A stretch of DNA of 64,000 nucleotides from an uncultured Thermodesulfobacteriota bacterium (GTDB taxonomy: Bacteria > Desulfobacterota > DSWW01). Every line of letters starts with the position of its first letter. The stretch's first letter is position 1. A program made the translations under genes and the position numbers. Location: the NCBI GenBank assembly GCA_964384945.1, contig CAYLMK010000005.1:99549-163548 (forward strand). Direction: 5' to 3'. The notes beneath the pieces are model-generated. The model was not told the origin of the DNA, made no database searches, and saw nothing but the letters and a program-made list of their open reading frames with translations. Positions 9,096-17,532 of the stretch are shown in pieces.

Positions 9096-10274
9096 ATGAT
9101 ACCGGTCTGCGAGCCCCTCACCGGGGGCAAAGAACTGGAGTACGTAACCGATTGTCTGAAGGAAAACTGGATTTCATCCGCGGGGAAGTACATCTCTCGG
9201 TTTGAAGAGGGATTCTCCGCATACTGCGGGGCCAAGTACGGCATTGCAACCTCCAGCGGCACCGCAGCGCTCCACCTCGCCCTGGCGGCCTTGGGCATCG
9301 GCAGAGGCCACGAGGTCATCCTTCCAGCCTTCACGATGGCGGCCTGCGCTTTTGCCGTCCTTTACACCGGAGCCAAGCCCGTCCTGGTCGACTCCGAGCC
9401 CGGCACCTGGAACATGGATGCCCTGGAGATCGAGAAGAAGATCACGGCTCAAACCAGGGCAATCATGCCTGTCCATATGTACGGACACCCCTGCGACATG
9501 GACGCGATCCTTTCCATCGCTCGGAAGCACGATCTCTTCGTCGTCGAGGATGCGGCCGAGGCGCACGGAGCGGCCTACAGGGGCAGGATGGCCGGAGGCA
9601 TCGGAGACGTCGGGTGCTTCAGTTTCTATGCGAACAAGATCATCACCACGGGCGAGGGCGGCATGGTCGTGACCAACGACGGGAAGGTGGCCGACCGGGC
9701 CAGGCGGCTCAAAGACCAGGCCTTCTACCGCGAGCGGCGCTTCCTGCACTCCGAGGTCGGTTTCAACTACCGTATGACCAACGTCCAGGCGGCCATAGGG
9801 CTCGCTCAGTTCGAGCAAATCGACCGTTTCGTCGAGATGAGGCGCAGGAATGCTTGTATGTACAACGGGCTGCTCCGGGGAACGCCCGGACTCATCCTTC
9901 CCGTCGAAAAGGGCTGGGCCAGGAACGTTTATTGGATGTACGGGATCGTGATCGAGGACGAATTCGGGATGAGCCGTGACGACCTCATGGTTTTTCTCCG
10001 GGAGAGGGGGATCGACACCCGCACCTTCTTCATTCCGATGCATGTGCAGCCCGCGTTCCGGGACTTGGGGCTTTTCGAAGGGGAGCAGTATCCGGTGGGC
10101 GAGAGGCTTGCGGCGAGGGGACTCTACCTGCCCTCCGGCTCGGGGTTGGCCGAGGGAGAGATCCACAGGGTCTGCGAGGCGATTCATCTGGCAAGGAGGC
10201 AGAAGGACGGCAGCCATGAAGATAGGGTTGATGACGCGGTGGAACGCTCCGTCAGGCCAGTCCTCCCACGCTGA
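9096..10274 (+). CDS. DegT/DnrJ/EryC1/StrS family PLP-dependent sugar aminotransferase
   Basis: 'ISSAGKYISRFEEGFSAYCGAKYGIATSSGTAALHLAL' and 'FSFYANKIITTGEGGMVV', where the Lys in 'ANK' is the PLP lysine. About 390 aa; the 3' end overlaps the next gene. Confidence 0.85.
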   Translation: MIPVCEPLTGGKELEYVTDCLKENWISSAGKYISRFEEGFSAYCGAKYGIATSSGTAALHLALAALGIGRGHEVILPAFTMAACAFAVLYTGAKPVLVDSEPGTWNMDALEIEKKITAQTRAIMPVHMYGHPCDMDAILSIARKHDLFVVEDAAEAHGAAYRGRMAGGIGDVGCFSFYANKIITTGEGGMVVTNDGKVADRARRLKDQAFYRERRFLHSEVGFNYRMTNVQAAIGLAQFEQIDRFVEMRRRNACMYNGLLRGTPGLILPVEKGWARNVYWMYGIVIEDEFGMSRDDLMVFLRERGIDTRTFFIPMHVQPAFRDLGLFEGEQYPVGERLAARGLYLPSGSGLAEGEIHRVCEAIHLARRQKDGSHEDRVDDAVERSVRPVLPR

Positions 10275-11307
10275 GCCGATCGGGCAGGCTTGGCGGGAGA
10301 TGGGGCACGAGCTCAAGGTCTTTGCCCCCAAGGGCCTGGACATGGCCTTGCTCTGCCGCGAGGACGAGCCCTTCGTCCGGCGCTGCTACATGCAGGATGT
10401 CTGGGGGCAGAGAGGGCGGGAGGGGTTCTTCTTCGACCCAGGGCCTTTTCTGGAGGAGGACTTCGAGGTCTTCCTGATGGAGATGGCCTGCCTCATGCCC
10501 ATGGCCGAGGTTCTCGAGATATTCCCGCAGATCCGCAGAAAGGCGAAAACGGTGCTGGTCGTTCACGAGACCGGCCTGCCCTCTGACCCCGATTGGTACC
10601 GATTCGAGTGGGACAGGATCGTCTGCTTCGATGAGCGCTACAAGGCATTCCTGTCCCAGGCGTTTCCCGAGGACAGAATCTCCATCATCCCCTTCCCCTG
10701 CCATCCTCCGCTGCACGGTGAGAAGGCCCGGGCGCGCATGCGTCTCGGCCTCCCCCTGGACAAGAGGATCGTTTTCACCTACGGCTTCAACCTCCTCCAG
10801 ACGCACCAGGATCTCATCCCCCTTGTCGGGAGGCTGTCCGGAGACTACCCTGTCCTGCTGGTCCTGGTCACCCATCACGATATGGCAAGGGTGGACAAGC
10901 GACCGGAATTTCTGAGCATCCGGGACGAAATGCCCACGACCGCGGACCTTTACAGCTACCTGCACGCCTGCGACGTCTATTTGCACTATGTCCGCGGGGA
11001 TGAGTTCAAAACGCAGGGGGTCGGAGTCTCTTCCTCGGTGGCCACATGCCTCGGTGCGGGGCGACCTGTCCTCGTTCCCGGCTACTGCAATTTCTTCGAT
11101 CTGGCGGGCGATGAGGTCATCAAGTACGGAAACCAGAGCGAGCTCGAACAGAGGCTCCGAGACGTCTTCGAGGGCGCCCCGTACCTGAACGACCACCTTC
11201 TGGCGGCCGAGCGGTACGCAACACGGAATTCCGGCTCCGAGATCGCCAAGCGATTCCTCGAGCTGTTCAACGGGCTTTCAACCCCCGCCGCCCCGATCGG
11301 AGGATAG
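10216..11307 (+). CDS. Putative glycosyltransferase (GT-B fold, GT4-like)
   Basis: The N-terminus 'MKIGLMTRWNAPSGQSSHAEPIGQAWREMGHELKVFAP' resembles GT4 N-terminal domains. The C-terminal half has the layout of a sugar-nucleotide-binding domain. The family assignment is tentative. Confidence 0.4.
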   Translation: MKIGLMTRWNAPSGQSSHAEPIGQAWREMGHELKVFAPKGLDMALLCREDEPFVRRCYMQDVWGQRGREGFFFDPGPFLEEDFEVFLMEMACLMPMAEVLEIFPQIRRKAKTVLVVHETGLPSDPDWYRFEWDRIVCFDERYKAFLSQAFPEDRISIIPFPCHPPLHGEKARARMRLGLPLDKRIVFTYGFNLLQTHQDLIPLVGRLSGDYPVLLVLVTHHDMARVDKRPEFLSIRDEMPTTADLYSYLHACDVYLHYVRGDEFKTQGVGVSSSVATCLGAGRPVLVPGYCNFFDLAGDEVIKYGNQSELEQRLRDVFEGAPYLNDHLLAAERYATRNSGSEIAKRFLELFNGLSTPAAPIGG

Positions 11308-11476
11308 CCGGTTTCCGGACGCAACCGAATCCCGCAAGGGAGGATGCGTCGCGCCGGATCAGGGTGTGACCTTTGGGGGAAGGCCCCGGGCAGCCCCGAT
11401 CGCGGGCAGCACCGCGGTCATCACGCCGCACGACTGCCGGCAGAGCGCAAAGAAGATGTGGCGGCTCAAGCGAAGG

Positions 11477-11731
11477 CTATGACGAGGTCTTGCCCTTGAT
11501 TTTCCCGTACATCACCAAGAGGACGATCGCGACGACGACCGAGGCGATAAAGCCCGCCCCTTGGCCGGCCTGGTACCAGCCGACGAACTGCCCTATGACA
11601 CCAGCCAGAAACGAGCCGGCGATACCGAGCACGACCGTCATGATGAAGCCCATGTTTTCCTTGCCCGGGTGGATCACTTTGGCGATGACGCCGATGACAA
11701 AACCCAATACGATAGTCCAGATGATGCCCAT
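11477..11731 (-). CDS. GlsB/YeaQ/YmgE family small stress-response membrane protein
   Basis: 84 aa with two Gly-rich transmembrane helices ('GIIWTIVLGFVIGVIAK...FIMTVVLGIAGSFLAGVIGQFVGW'), typical of the transglycosylase-associated/GlsB family. Confidence 0.8.
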   Translation of the reverse strand: MGIIWTIVLGFVIGVIAKVIHPGKENMGFIMTVVLGIAGSFLAGVIGQFVGWYQAGQGAGFIASVVVAIVLLVMYGKIKGKTSS

Positions 11732-11966
11732 GTTCTCACCTCTCTGAGGCTGGATACGGAAGAAGAATAGAGGGTATACAACTGTGGGTCAAGAATTAAG
11801 TTGGAGAACCGGATCGTGAATGTACGCAACCGCGATTGCAGGTGGAAGCCGGAGTTGCCTGACGCTGTCGTGATAAAAAGAATTCAATAGACTTATCGAA
11901 ATGCCCTTGGTATCTTTCCAAAGTTTCTCGGCATTTCAGCCTATTCTTCTTGGGAGGGGATCGGCG

Positions 11967-12845
11967 ATGGATCAGTCGGACTTCAGGGATGAGTACCTAA
12001 ACGCAAACGGTATACGTTTTCACTGTGTCACCGCAGGACAAGGGCCTCTCTGCTTGTGTCTCCACGGCTTCCCGGAGACCTGGTACTCATGGAGGAATCA
12101 GATCCCCCTTCTTGCACGATCGTTCAAGGTCGTGGTGCCCGAGATGCGCGGTTACGGCGAGACCGAGGCACCCGGGGAGGTCGAGGCCTACCGGCTTCCC
12201 ATCCTGATCGAGGACGTCCGAGGTCTGATCGAGGCCTTCGGGGAGAGCCGGGCGACGATCGTATCCCACGACTGGGGTGGAATCGTGGCACTTCACTATT
12301 CCCAGGCACACCCCGGGACGGTCGTGAAACTCGTCGTGATGAACGCACCCCACCTAGCGGACTACGTGGACCTTCTTTACAATAAGAAAAGCATACGACA
12401 GATTGCCAAGTCGTGGTACGTCCTGATGAACCAGATCCCCGGCTTCACCGAGGCCTTGCTGGAGGCAGGGGATTACACGGTCTTCGAATGGCTCGTCAAG
12501 CGCTATGCGGTCCGCAAGGAGGTGCTCACCCCCGAAGTCATGAAACGTTGGAAGGATTACCTGCGAAGATCCGGCCTTCGCGGTGGGGTAAATTACTACC
12601 GGGCCACAAGGTGGGCCGTTTCGGAAATCCGAGCCGGCCGCCTGTCCCCCGGGTCCATCACGGCGCCGGTCAAGGTCATCTGGGGAGAGGTGGACAGGGC
12701 CCTCGAGAGGGAACTGGGGCACGCAATCGAGCGCCACACGAACGGAGGCTTCGAATTCCACCTGGTCAAGGGTTCCGGCCACTGGGTCCAGCAGGAAGCG
12801 GCCGCGGAGGTGAATGAAGAGATCGCGCGGTTTCTGGGTTTGTAG
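11967..12845 (+). CDS. Alpha/beta-hydrolase, epoxide hydrolase/haloalkane dehalogenase-like
   Basis: HGxP oxyanion motif 'HGFPETWYSWR'. The nucleophile elbow 'VSHDWGG' has an Asp nucleophile, as in the epoxide hydrolase class. C-terminal catalytic His 'GSGHWVQQE'. Confidence 0.75.
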   Translation: MDQSDFRDEYLNANGIRFHCVTAGQGPLCLCLHGFPETWYSWRNQIPLLARSFKVVVPEMRGYGETEAPGEVEAYRLPILIEDVRGLIEAFGESRATIVSHDWGGIVALHYSQAHPGTVVKLVVMNAPHLADYVDLLYNKKSIRQIAKSWYVLMNQIPGFTEALLEAGDYTVFEWLVKRYAVRKEVLTPEVMKRWKDYLRRSGLRGGVNYYRATRWAVSEIRAGRLSPGSITAPVKVIWGEVDRALERELGHAIERHTNGGFEFHLVKGSGHWVQQEAAAEVNEEIARFLGL

Positions 12846-12893
12846 TTCATTCGGTCGATCGACCCCGCTCCGGCCGCGGCCAAAAGGGGGAAC

Positions 12894-13574
12894 GTGATGA
12901 GACGGAACAAGTTTGGATTCGAGATCGGCCTGGGGATCCTTTGCATTGCACTCTACGGTATCTTCTCTTTCTGGTATGGCGGTTCGGGCGGGGGTAAGCT
13001 CTCTCGGGAAGAGGTTGACGCCTACCTATCGAAATTGGAGACAGATGCGGGTATTCCGGAGGAAGTGAAGAACGACTCGTTGGAGCGACTGCGCGCATGG
13101 GGTGAGGCGGATGACGGCGGGCCGGTGTACATGCTGAATCTGATGCGTGCCCGCGAACAACCCTATCTGTTCCCGGGTACGCCAGCGGATTTCCGCGGTA
13201 CGGCCGAAGAGGCGAACCGGATCTATGAAGATCACGCCATGCCGTTATTGGTCAAGCGCGGCGGCATTCCGGCGGTGTGGGGCAATGCCCAGGGGAAGAA
13301 TGTGATCGGCGGCGGGCCGGGACTGGATGAATGGTCCCGGCTGGGTTTCATCCGTTACCCGAAACGTCGCGCCTTCTTCGAGCTGCTCACGGACCCGGAA
13401 TATGTGAAGATCGGGCATTTCAAGTTCATGGGCATGGAATTTATCCTCGTACCCACATCGGCGGAAATGGCGATCCCGGACCTGCGGCCGATTGTTGGAG
13501 GGGCGCTCGCGATCCTCTTCCTCGGCCTCGGATGGTTCCGCTCGGTCATGCGCGCTCACGGCGCGGATTCCTGA
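12894..13574 (+). CDS. Membrane-anchored DUF1330-like (dimeric alpha/beta-barrel) protein
   Basis: N- and C-terminal transmembrane helices. The central region ('PLLVKRGGIPAVWG...LGFIRYPKRRAFFELLTDPEYVKIGHFKFMGMEFILV') resembles DUF1330. Confidence 0.35.
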   Translation: MMRRNKFGFEIGLGILCIALYGIFSFWYGGSGGGKLSREEVDAYLSKLETDAGIPEEVKNDSLERLRAWGEADDGGPVYMLNLMRAREQPYLFPGTPADFRGTAEEANRIYEDHAMPLLVKRGGIPAVWGNAQGKNVIGGGPGLDEWSRLGFIRYPKRRAFFELLTDPEYVKIGHFKFMGMEFILVPTSAEMAIPDLRPIVGGALAILFLGLGWFRSVMRAHGADS

Positions 13575-14809
13575 ACGGCAGGGCGGGCCTCCGCTCGACC
13601 GCCGGCCCCGTTTGCTCTGCCTTCCTTCACGAAAAAGAGGAGTACCGAAGCGGCCGCGGTCAGCCCGATCGACACGTAGAGAGGCACGAAGACCCCCACC
13701 CTGTCCCAGAGAAGCCCGGCGAGCAGCGAAGAAGGCAGGGCACAAAGGCCTACGACCATCTGAAACCCTCCGAGCGTGCTGGCCCGGTAGGCCTCGGGGG
13801 AGAGCTCGGAAACGAAGGCCCTTTGCACCGGCTCGATCGCGCCTTTGTGCAGCCCGTAGAAAACGAATGCCGCGGCCACGGCCTCGCGGCTTCGGAAGAA
13901 GGCCAGGCAGAGGCAGACCAGCCCCCAGAAGACGAACGAGGCCATGAGCACCGCCCGCCGGCCCAACTTGTCCGCCAGTCTGCCGAAGGGAAGCGAGGCC
14001 AGGGCGGCGACCGCCGTGAAAAGGAGGTAGAGCACGGGGAGGGACCCCGCCCGGTAGCCCCGTTCGCTCGCGTAGAGGAGAAGAAACGAGTAGCTGAAGG
14101 ACCCGAGGGCGAAGACCGCACTCAGGAAGAGGAACAACCTCAGGTTACGATCCAGCGCCGAGAGGGAAATCCCCCGGTAGAGCCGCGTTTCGGCGGGCTT
14201 GCCCTCCCGGATCATGAGAAATACCAGAATTGCGCCGACCCCGGAAGGCAGCGCCGCCAGCAGAAAGAGGGACCGATACCCCAGGGCACCGACCAGCGCG
14301 ATACAAACAAGGATACCGCAGACCGCCCCGAGGTTGTCCATGGCCCGCAGCACCCCGAAGTGCGCGCCCCGGTTCTGGCCGTTGGATACGTCCGCGACCA
14401 TCGCGTCCCTGGGCGCGCCACGCATCTTTCCGGACCGGTCCAGTACCCGGAAGGGGATCACCTGCTGCCAGGTTGCGGACAGGGCGTACCCGACCCTGGA
14501 CCCGGAGGCGAACAGGTAGCCAAGCCAGACGAAGACCTTGCGCCTTCGAAGCCGGTCGGACGCGTAGCCGGATGTCGCCTGCGAGAGGGAAACGAGCGCG
14601 TCTCCCAGGCCGTCCAGCAACCCGAGAACGGACATGCTGGCGCCGAGCCCGGCCGTAATGAACACGGGCCAGATCGGATAGATCATGTCCGAGCCCAGAT
14701 CGTTCAGGAAGGAGGCCAGGGCGAATACGGCGATCGTTCTCTTGGTCTGTTTTCGGTCCAAGGGAGATCCCGGGCGGAGGGGACGACGGGATTCGGATAT
14801 GCCCGCCAA
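13556..14809 (-). CDS. MFS transporter
   Basis: 417 aa, about 12 predicted transmembrane helices. MFS signature-like 'GYASDRLRRRKVF' and 'LADKLGRRAVLM' lie in the loops between TM2-3 and TM8-9. Confidence 0.85.
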   Translation of the reverse strand: MAGISESRRPLRPGSPLDRKQTKRTIAVFALASFLNDLGSDMIYPIWPVFITAGLGASMSVLGLLDGLGDALVSLSQATSGYASDRLRRRKVFVWLGYLFASGSRVGYALSATWQQVIPFRVLDRSGKMRGAPRDAMVADVSNGQNRGAHFGVLRAMDNLGAVCGILVCIALVGALGYRSLFLLAALPSGVGAILVFLMIREGKPAETRLYRGISLSALDRNLRLFLFLSAVFALGSFSYSFLLLYASERGYRAGSLPVLYLLFTAVAALASLPFGRLADKLGRRAVLMASFVFWGLVCLCLAFFRSREAVAAAFVFYGLHKGAIEPVQRAFVSELSPEAYRASTLGGFQMVVGLCALPSSLLAGLLWDRVGVFVPLYVSIGLTAAASVLLFFVKEGRANGAGGRAEARPAVQESAP

Positions 14810-15064
14810 GAGATGCGAACCGCTCAGCCGATGAATTTGTCCGATGGATCACTGCATTCGTATCGGATGTGCGGGCAGAAAACCACGCCCCACTGCCCTG
14901 TGCAGATTTGCACAGGAGCGGTTTCCTGTCAACGAAGATGATCTGTACCATCCAGTCTCCTCTCCGAGACCGCCTTTCGACCGCAATCGCGGTAGAAAGC
15001 GGTCGCCGGATCGGCGGCGTGTCATCACCCATGCGGGATCGCCGGGGCAGGGAATCGTGGCGGG

Positions 15065-16363
15065 CTACCAGGCGAGGGAAACCGAGGCGAAGATGCGGTC
15101 CTCCTCGGTGTCGTACCAGTCGTCGTTCGATCGGTTCCAGAGGTGCACGTAACCCAGGTCCGCGGACACCCCGGTCGGGAAGGCCCATTCGAAACTGCGG
15201 GAGAACTCGCCCCGCACTTCGAGTTCGTAACGTTCGTCCCGCCGTTCTTCCCCTGCCGGATCCTTCGGGGCTCCTTGGAGGTCCAGCGCCTCTCTGCCGA
15301 CGTACCGTCGCTCCTCGATCAGGCCCCTGGCGACCATGCGCACGCTTCGCGGCAGGAGCAGGGAGAACTGCACAAGCCCGCCCGGCCCCTCGTACCCGTA
15401 ATGATCGTCGAGGAAGTCCCTGTCCAGGCCGGGGATCGTTCCCTCGGCGAACCGGGGCGGGTCCAGGAAATTGGTCCGGTACGTGCCCTCGGCGAAGATG
15501 CCTGCCCGGGAGCCCAGGGCCTGGGCAGCCCTGGCTGCGAACAGGATCTGCCCGGCCGATTGGGATGACCGGTTTCCTGTGATCGTCGTGCCGGGCGGCG
15601 GCTCCTCCTCCGAACCCTGCCACCTCACACGCCCCCGACCGCTGCCGCCGGGCTGCCCCGGTCCGCTGCCGGGGCCTCCGCCACCGCCCCCCGGCCCCGG
15701 TGAATCCCCGGGCCCGGCCGCAGCGGCGGCCAGGAGTATGCCGGAGTCCCCCTGGCCGCCCGGCGTACCGGCAGCCGGTTCCTCGGGCACAGACTCCAGG
15801 TATCTTCTGAAATAGAGGGTGCCTCCCAGGCGGAGCGTGGTCTTCGTTCGAAAGGACTTGTTCGCGATAAGGTTACCGATCGACTCGACATAATCCAGAC
15901 CGTCCAAATCGGGGTAGGTTCCCCAGTAGCCCTGGATGCCTGGAATGATCAGCGTCTTCTTCAGCGGCCGCCAGTTCAGGTCCAGGCGGCCTCCGACCCG
16001 GTGGTGGTCCAGGTTGTTCGTATCGGACACGTGGAGGGTCCCGCCGTATCCGATCTCCGCCTCCAGCTCGTGGGCCTCGCCGACCTGGGCCTGGTAGAGT
16101 GCCGATGCCCTCTGCCAGAGGGCGTTCAGTTCGCTGTTGTCGTAGTACAGGTAACCGTTCAACCTGTACAGCATTCCGAAATCCTCTCCAAGGTCGGCCC
16201 GCACATGCCCGAAGGGCATGGCGACAAAGTCTTCCAGCGAGGAGGCGGTCAGGTAGAGATTCTCGGTCCACGTGCCCTCCAGGCCGACCTCCCCCTCTAC
16301 GGCCGCCCACGACCCGCCCGGGAAGAGCGCGAGGAGGAGTGCACAGAACAGGCAGGCCTTCAA
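15065..16363 (-). CDS. Outer-membrane beta-barrel protein with central Gly/Pro-rich low-complexity insert
   Basis: Probable TTG start giving 'MKACLFCALLLALFPGGSWA|AVEG', a signal peptide with an AxA cleavage site. The C-terminus ends '...ASVSLAW', an aromatic terminal residue typical of OMPs. Alternating amphipathic strands. The internal segment 'GPGDSPGPGGGGGGPGSGPGQPGGSGRG' is low-complexity. Confidence 0.6.
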   Translation of the reverse strand: MKACLFCALLLALFPGGSWAAVEGEVGLEGTWTENLYLTASSLEDFVAMPFGHVRADLGEDFGMLYRLNGYLYYDNSELNALWQRASALYQAQVGEAHELEAEIGYGGTLHVSDTNNLDHHRVGGRLDLNWRPLKKTLIIPGIQGYWGTYPDLDGLDYVESIGNLIANKSFRTKTTLRLGGTLYFRRYLESVPEEPAAGTPGGQGDSGILLAAAAAGPGDSPGPGGGGGGPGSGPGQPGGSGRGRVRWQGSEEEPPPGTTITGNRSSQSAGQILFAARAAQALGSRAGIFAEGTYRTNFLDPPRFAEGTIPGLDRDFLDDHYGYEGPGGLVQFSLLLPRSVRMVARGLIEERRYVGREALDLQGAPKDPAGEERRDERYELEVRGEFSRSFEWAFPTGVSADLGYVHLWNRSNDDWYDTEEDRIFASVSLAW

Positions 16364-16367
16364 GCCG

Positions 16368-16757
16368 TCACCTCCCGCCCCTGCCCGGACCGGCGCCCGG
16401 ACCGCCGCCGCCCGGCCCCTGGCGTCCCACGGACCCTCCGTCCGCCTCCTCCGGGCCGACTCCACCCCTCTGGTCGTCCTGACCCCTGTGCCGGCCTCGC
16501 TTCCGGTGCCGTTCCATCTGCCTATCGTCCAATCCGTCCCCATCCTCGTCCACGAAACGGTCCCCTTCCGCATTGCTTCCCATGTCCACGTAGCCCGTGT
16601 CGCTCCGGGCCTCGAGAAGATCAGGCTCGTCGATCGTGAACGGCGGGCCCTTCGGAGATATCGTCCGGGCGCTCGCGTCTGCGGGCCGCAGACAAACCAC
16701 GAGCCCCCAGAGCAAGACGGGGATCACGGCGTTCCGGGAATTGCACGGCCTCTTCAT
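16368..16757 (-). CDS. Small secreted acidic protein with thrombospondin type-3-like Ca-binding motif (paralog 2)
   Basis: Starts 'MKRPCNSRNAVIPVLLWGLVVCLRPADASA' (signal peptide). Contains 'RFVDEDGDGLDD' (DxDGDGxxD) and an Arg/Gly-rich tail. It is paralogous to the upstream gene. Confidence 0.55.
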   Translation of the reverse strand: MKRPCNSRNAVIPVLLWGLVVCLRPADASARTISPKGPPFTIDEPDLLEARSDTGYVDMGSNAEGDRFVDEDGDGLDDRQMERHRKRGRHRGQDDQRGGVGPEEADGGSVGRQGPGGGGPGAGPGRGGR

Positions 16758-16845
16758 GGTTTTCCTCCCGGGGCGGGGGCCGGGACGGTTCGGGGCCCGG
16801 GGCCGCCGAACCGTCCTTGTCGCCCGCATGCTCATCCCCATCCCT

Positions 16846-17313
16846 TCAACGGCCCGCCCGAGCCCCTTTGCCTCCGCGGGACGAAGACGTTTCGGATCGG
16901 CTTCCGCCTTCGGTCATCTGCTTCCCGTACTTGTTTCCGGTCCCGTCCCTCTTGTTCTTAACCCACTCCTCATCTTGACAGTTCGGAATCCCGTCTCCGT
17001 CATGGTCCGGGGCGAGATCGTTGATCCCGTCTCCGTTCTCATCGACGAAGCCGCGTCCCCGGGCGTACGGGGCATCTGCCCCCATGTCCCCGTAGCGGTG
17101 CTGTTCCTCGTTCCGGTGGCTCCACGCGTGCCGGTACGTGTATTCCGATTCGCTCTGCCCGCCCGCGGATTCCGAGGGCGTCCGCTGGAGCGCGGTCCCG
17201 GCTCCGGGAGCGCCTTCGCCGGTCTGTCCGGCGGATACGAACCCTTGGGACATGGGAATCGCCATGCAGCCCCCGATCGCCAACACGATGAGAATCTTCC
17301 GGTAGCCTTTCAT
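16846..17313 (-). CDS. Small secreted acidic protein with thrombospondin type-3-like Ca-binding repeats (paralog 1)
   Basis: Starts 'MKGYRKILIVLAIGGCMAIPMSQG' (signal peptide). 'GFVDENGDGINDLAPDHDGDGIPNCQDEEW' gives two DxDGDGxxD loops and an 'NCQD' like the TSP3 'DNCP'. An RBS (GGAGGGAAAACAAATG) is present, and the gene sits just downstream of a sigma-54 promoter. Confidence 0.6.
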   Translation of the reverse strand: MKGYRKILIVLAIGGCMAIPMSQGFVSAGQTGEGAPGAGTALQRTPSESAGGQSESEYTYRHAWSHRNEEQHRYGDMGADAPYARGRGFVDENGDGINDLAPDHDGDGIPNCQDEEWVKNKRDGTGNKYGKQMTEGGSRSETSSSRGGKGARAGR

Positions 17314-17365
17314 TTGTTTTCCCTCCCTGTATGCGGTTGCCGGATGCCTTTCGAATGGGGAGGGG

Positions 17366-17382
17366 AGCAAGGGGTGTGCCAA
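17366..17382 (-). promoter_or_regulatory. sigma-54 (-24/-12) promoter
   Basis: The minus strand reads 5'-TTGGCACACCCCTTGCT-3', matching TGGCAC-N5-TTGC with exact GG-N10-GC spacing. It lies ~40 nt upstream of the ATG at 17313 and directly downstream of a sigma-54 enhancer-binding protein gene. Confidence 0.65.
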
Positions 17383-17532
17383 GGAAAGCCGGAACCGGGG
17401 AGATCCTATATTCTCTCAATATATCAACTGGTTTCAGACGGAATCGGCCATCCGGTTCCGGGCTTTGTGACTCGAACCCGGTAATGCTGCCGGCCTTCTT
17501 CGACCATTCCTGCCTGTTCGCCGCGGGCGCCC

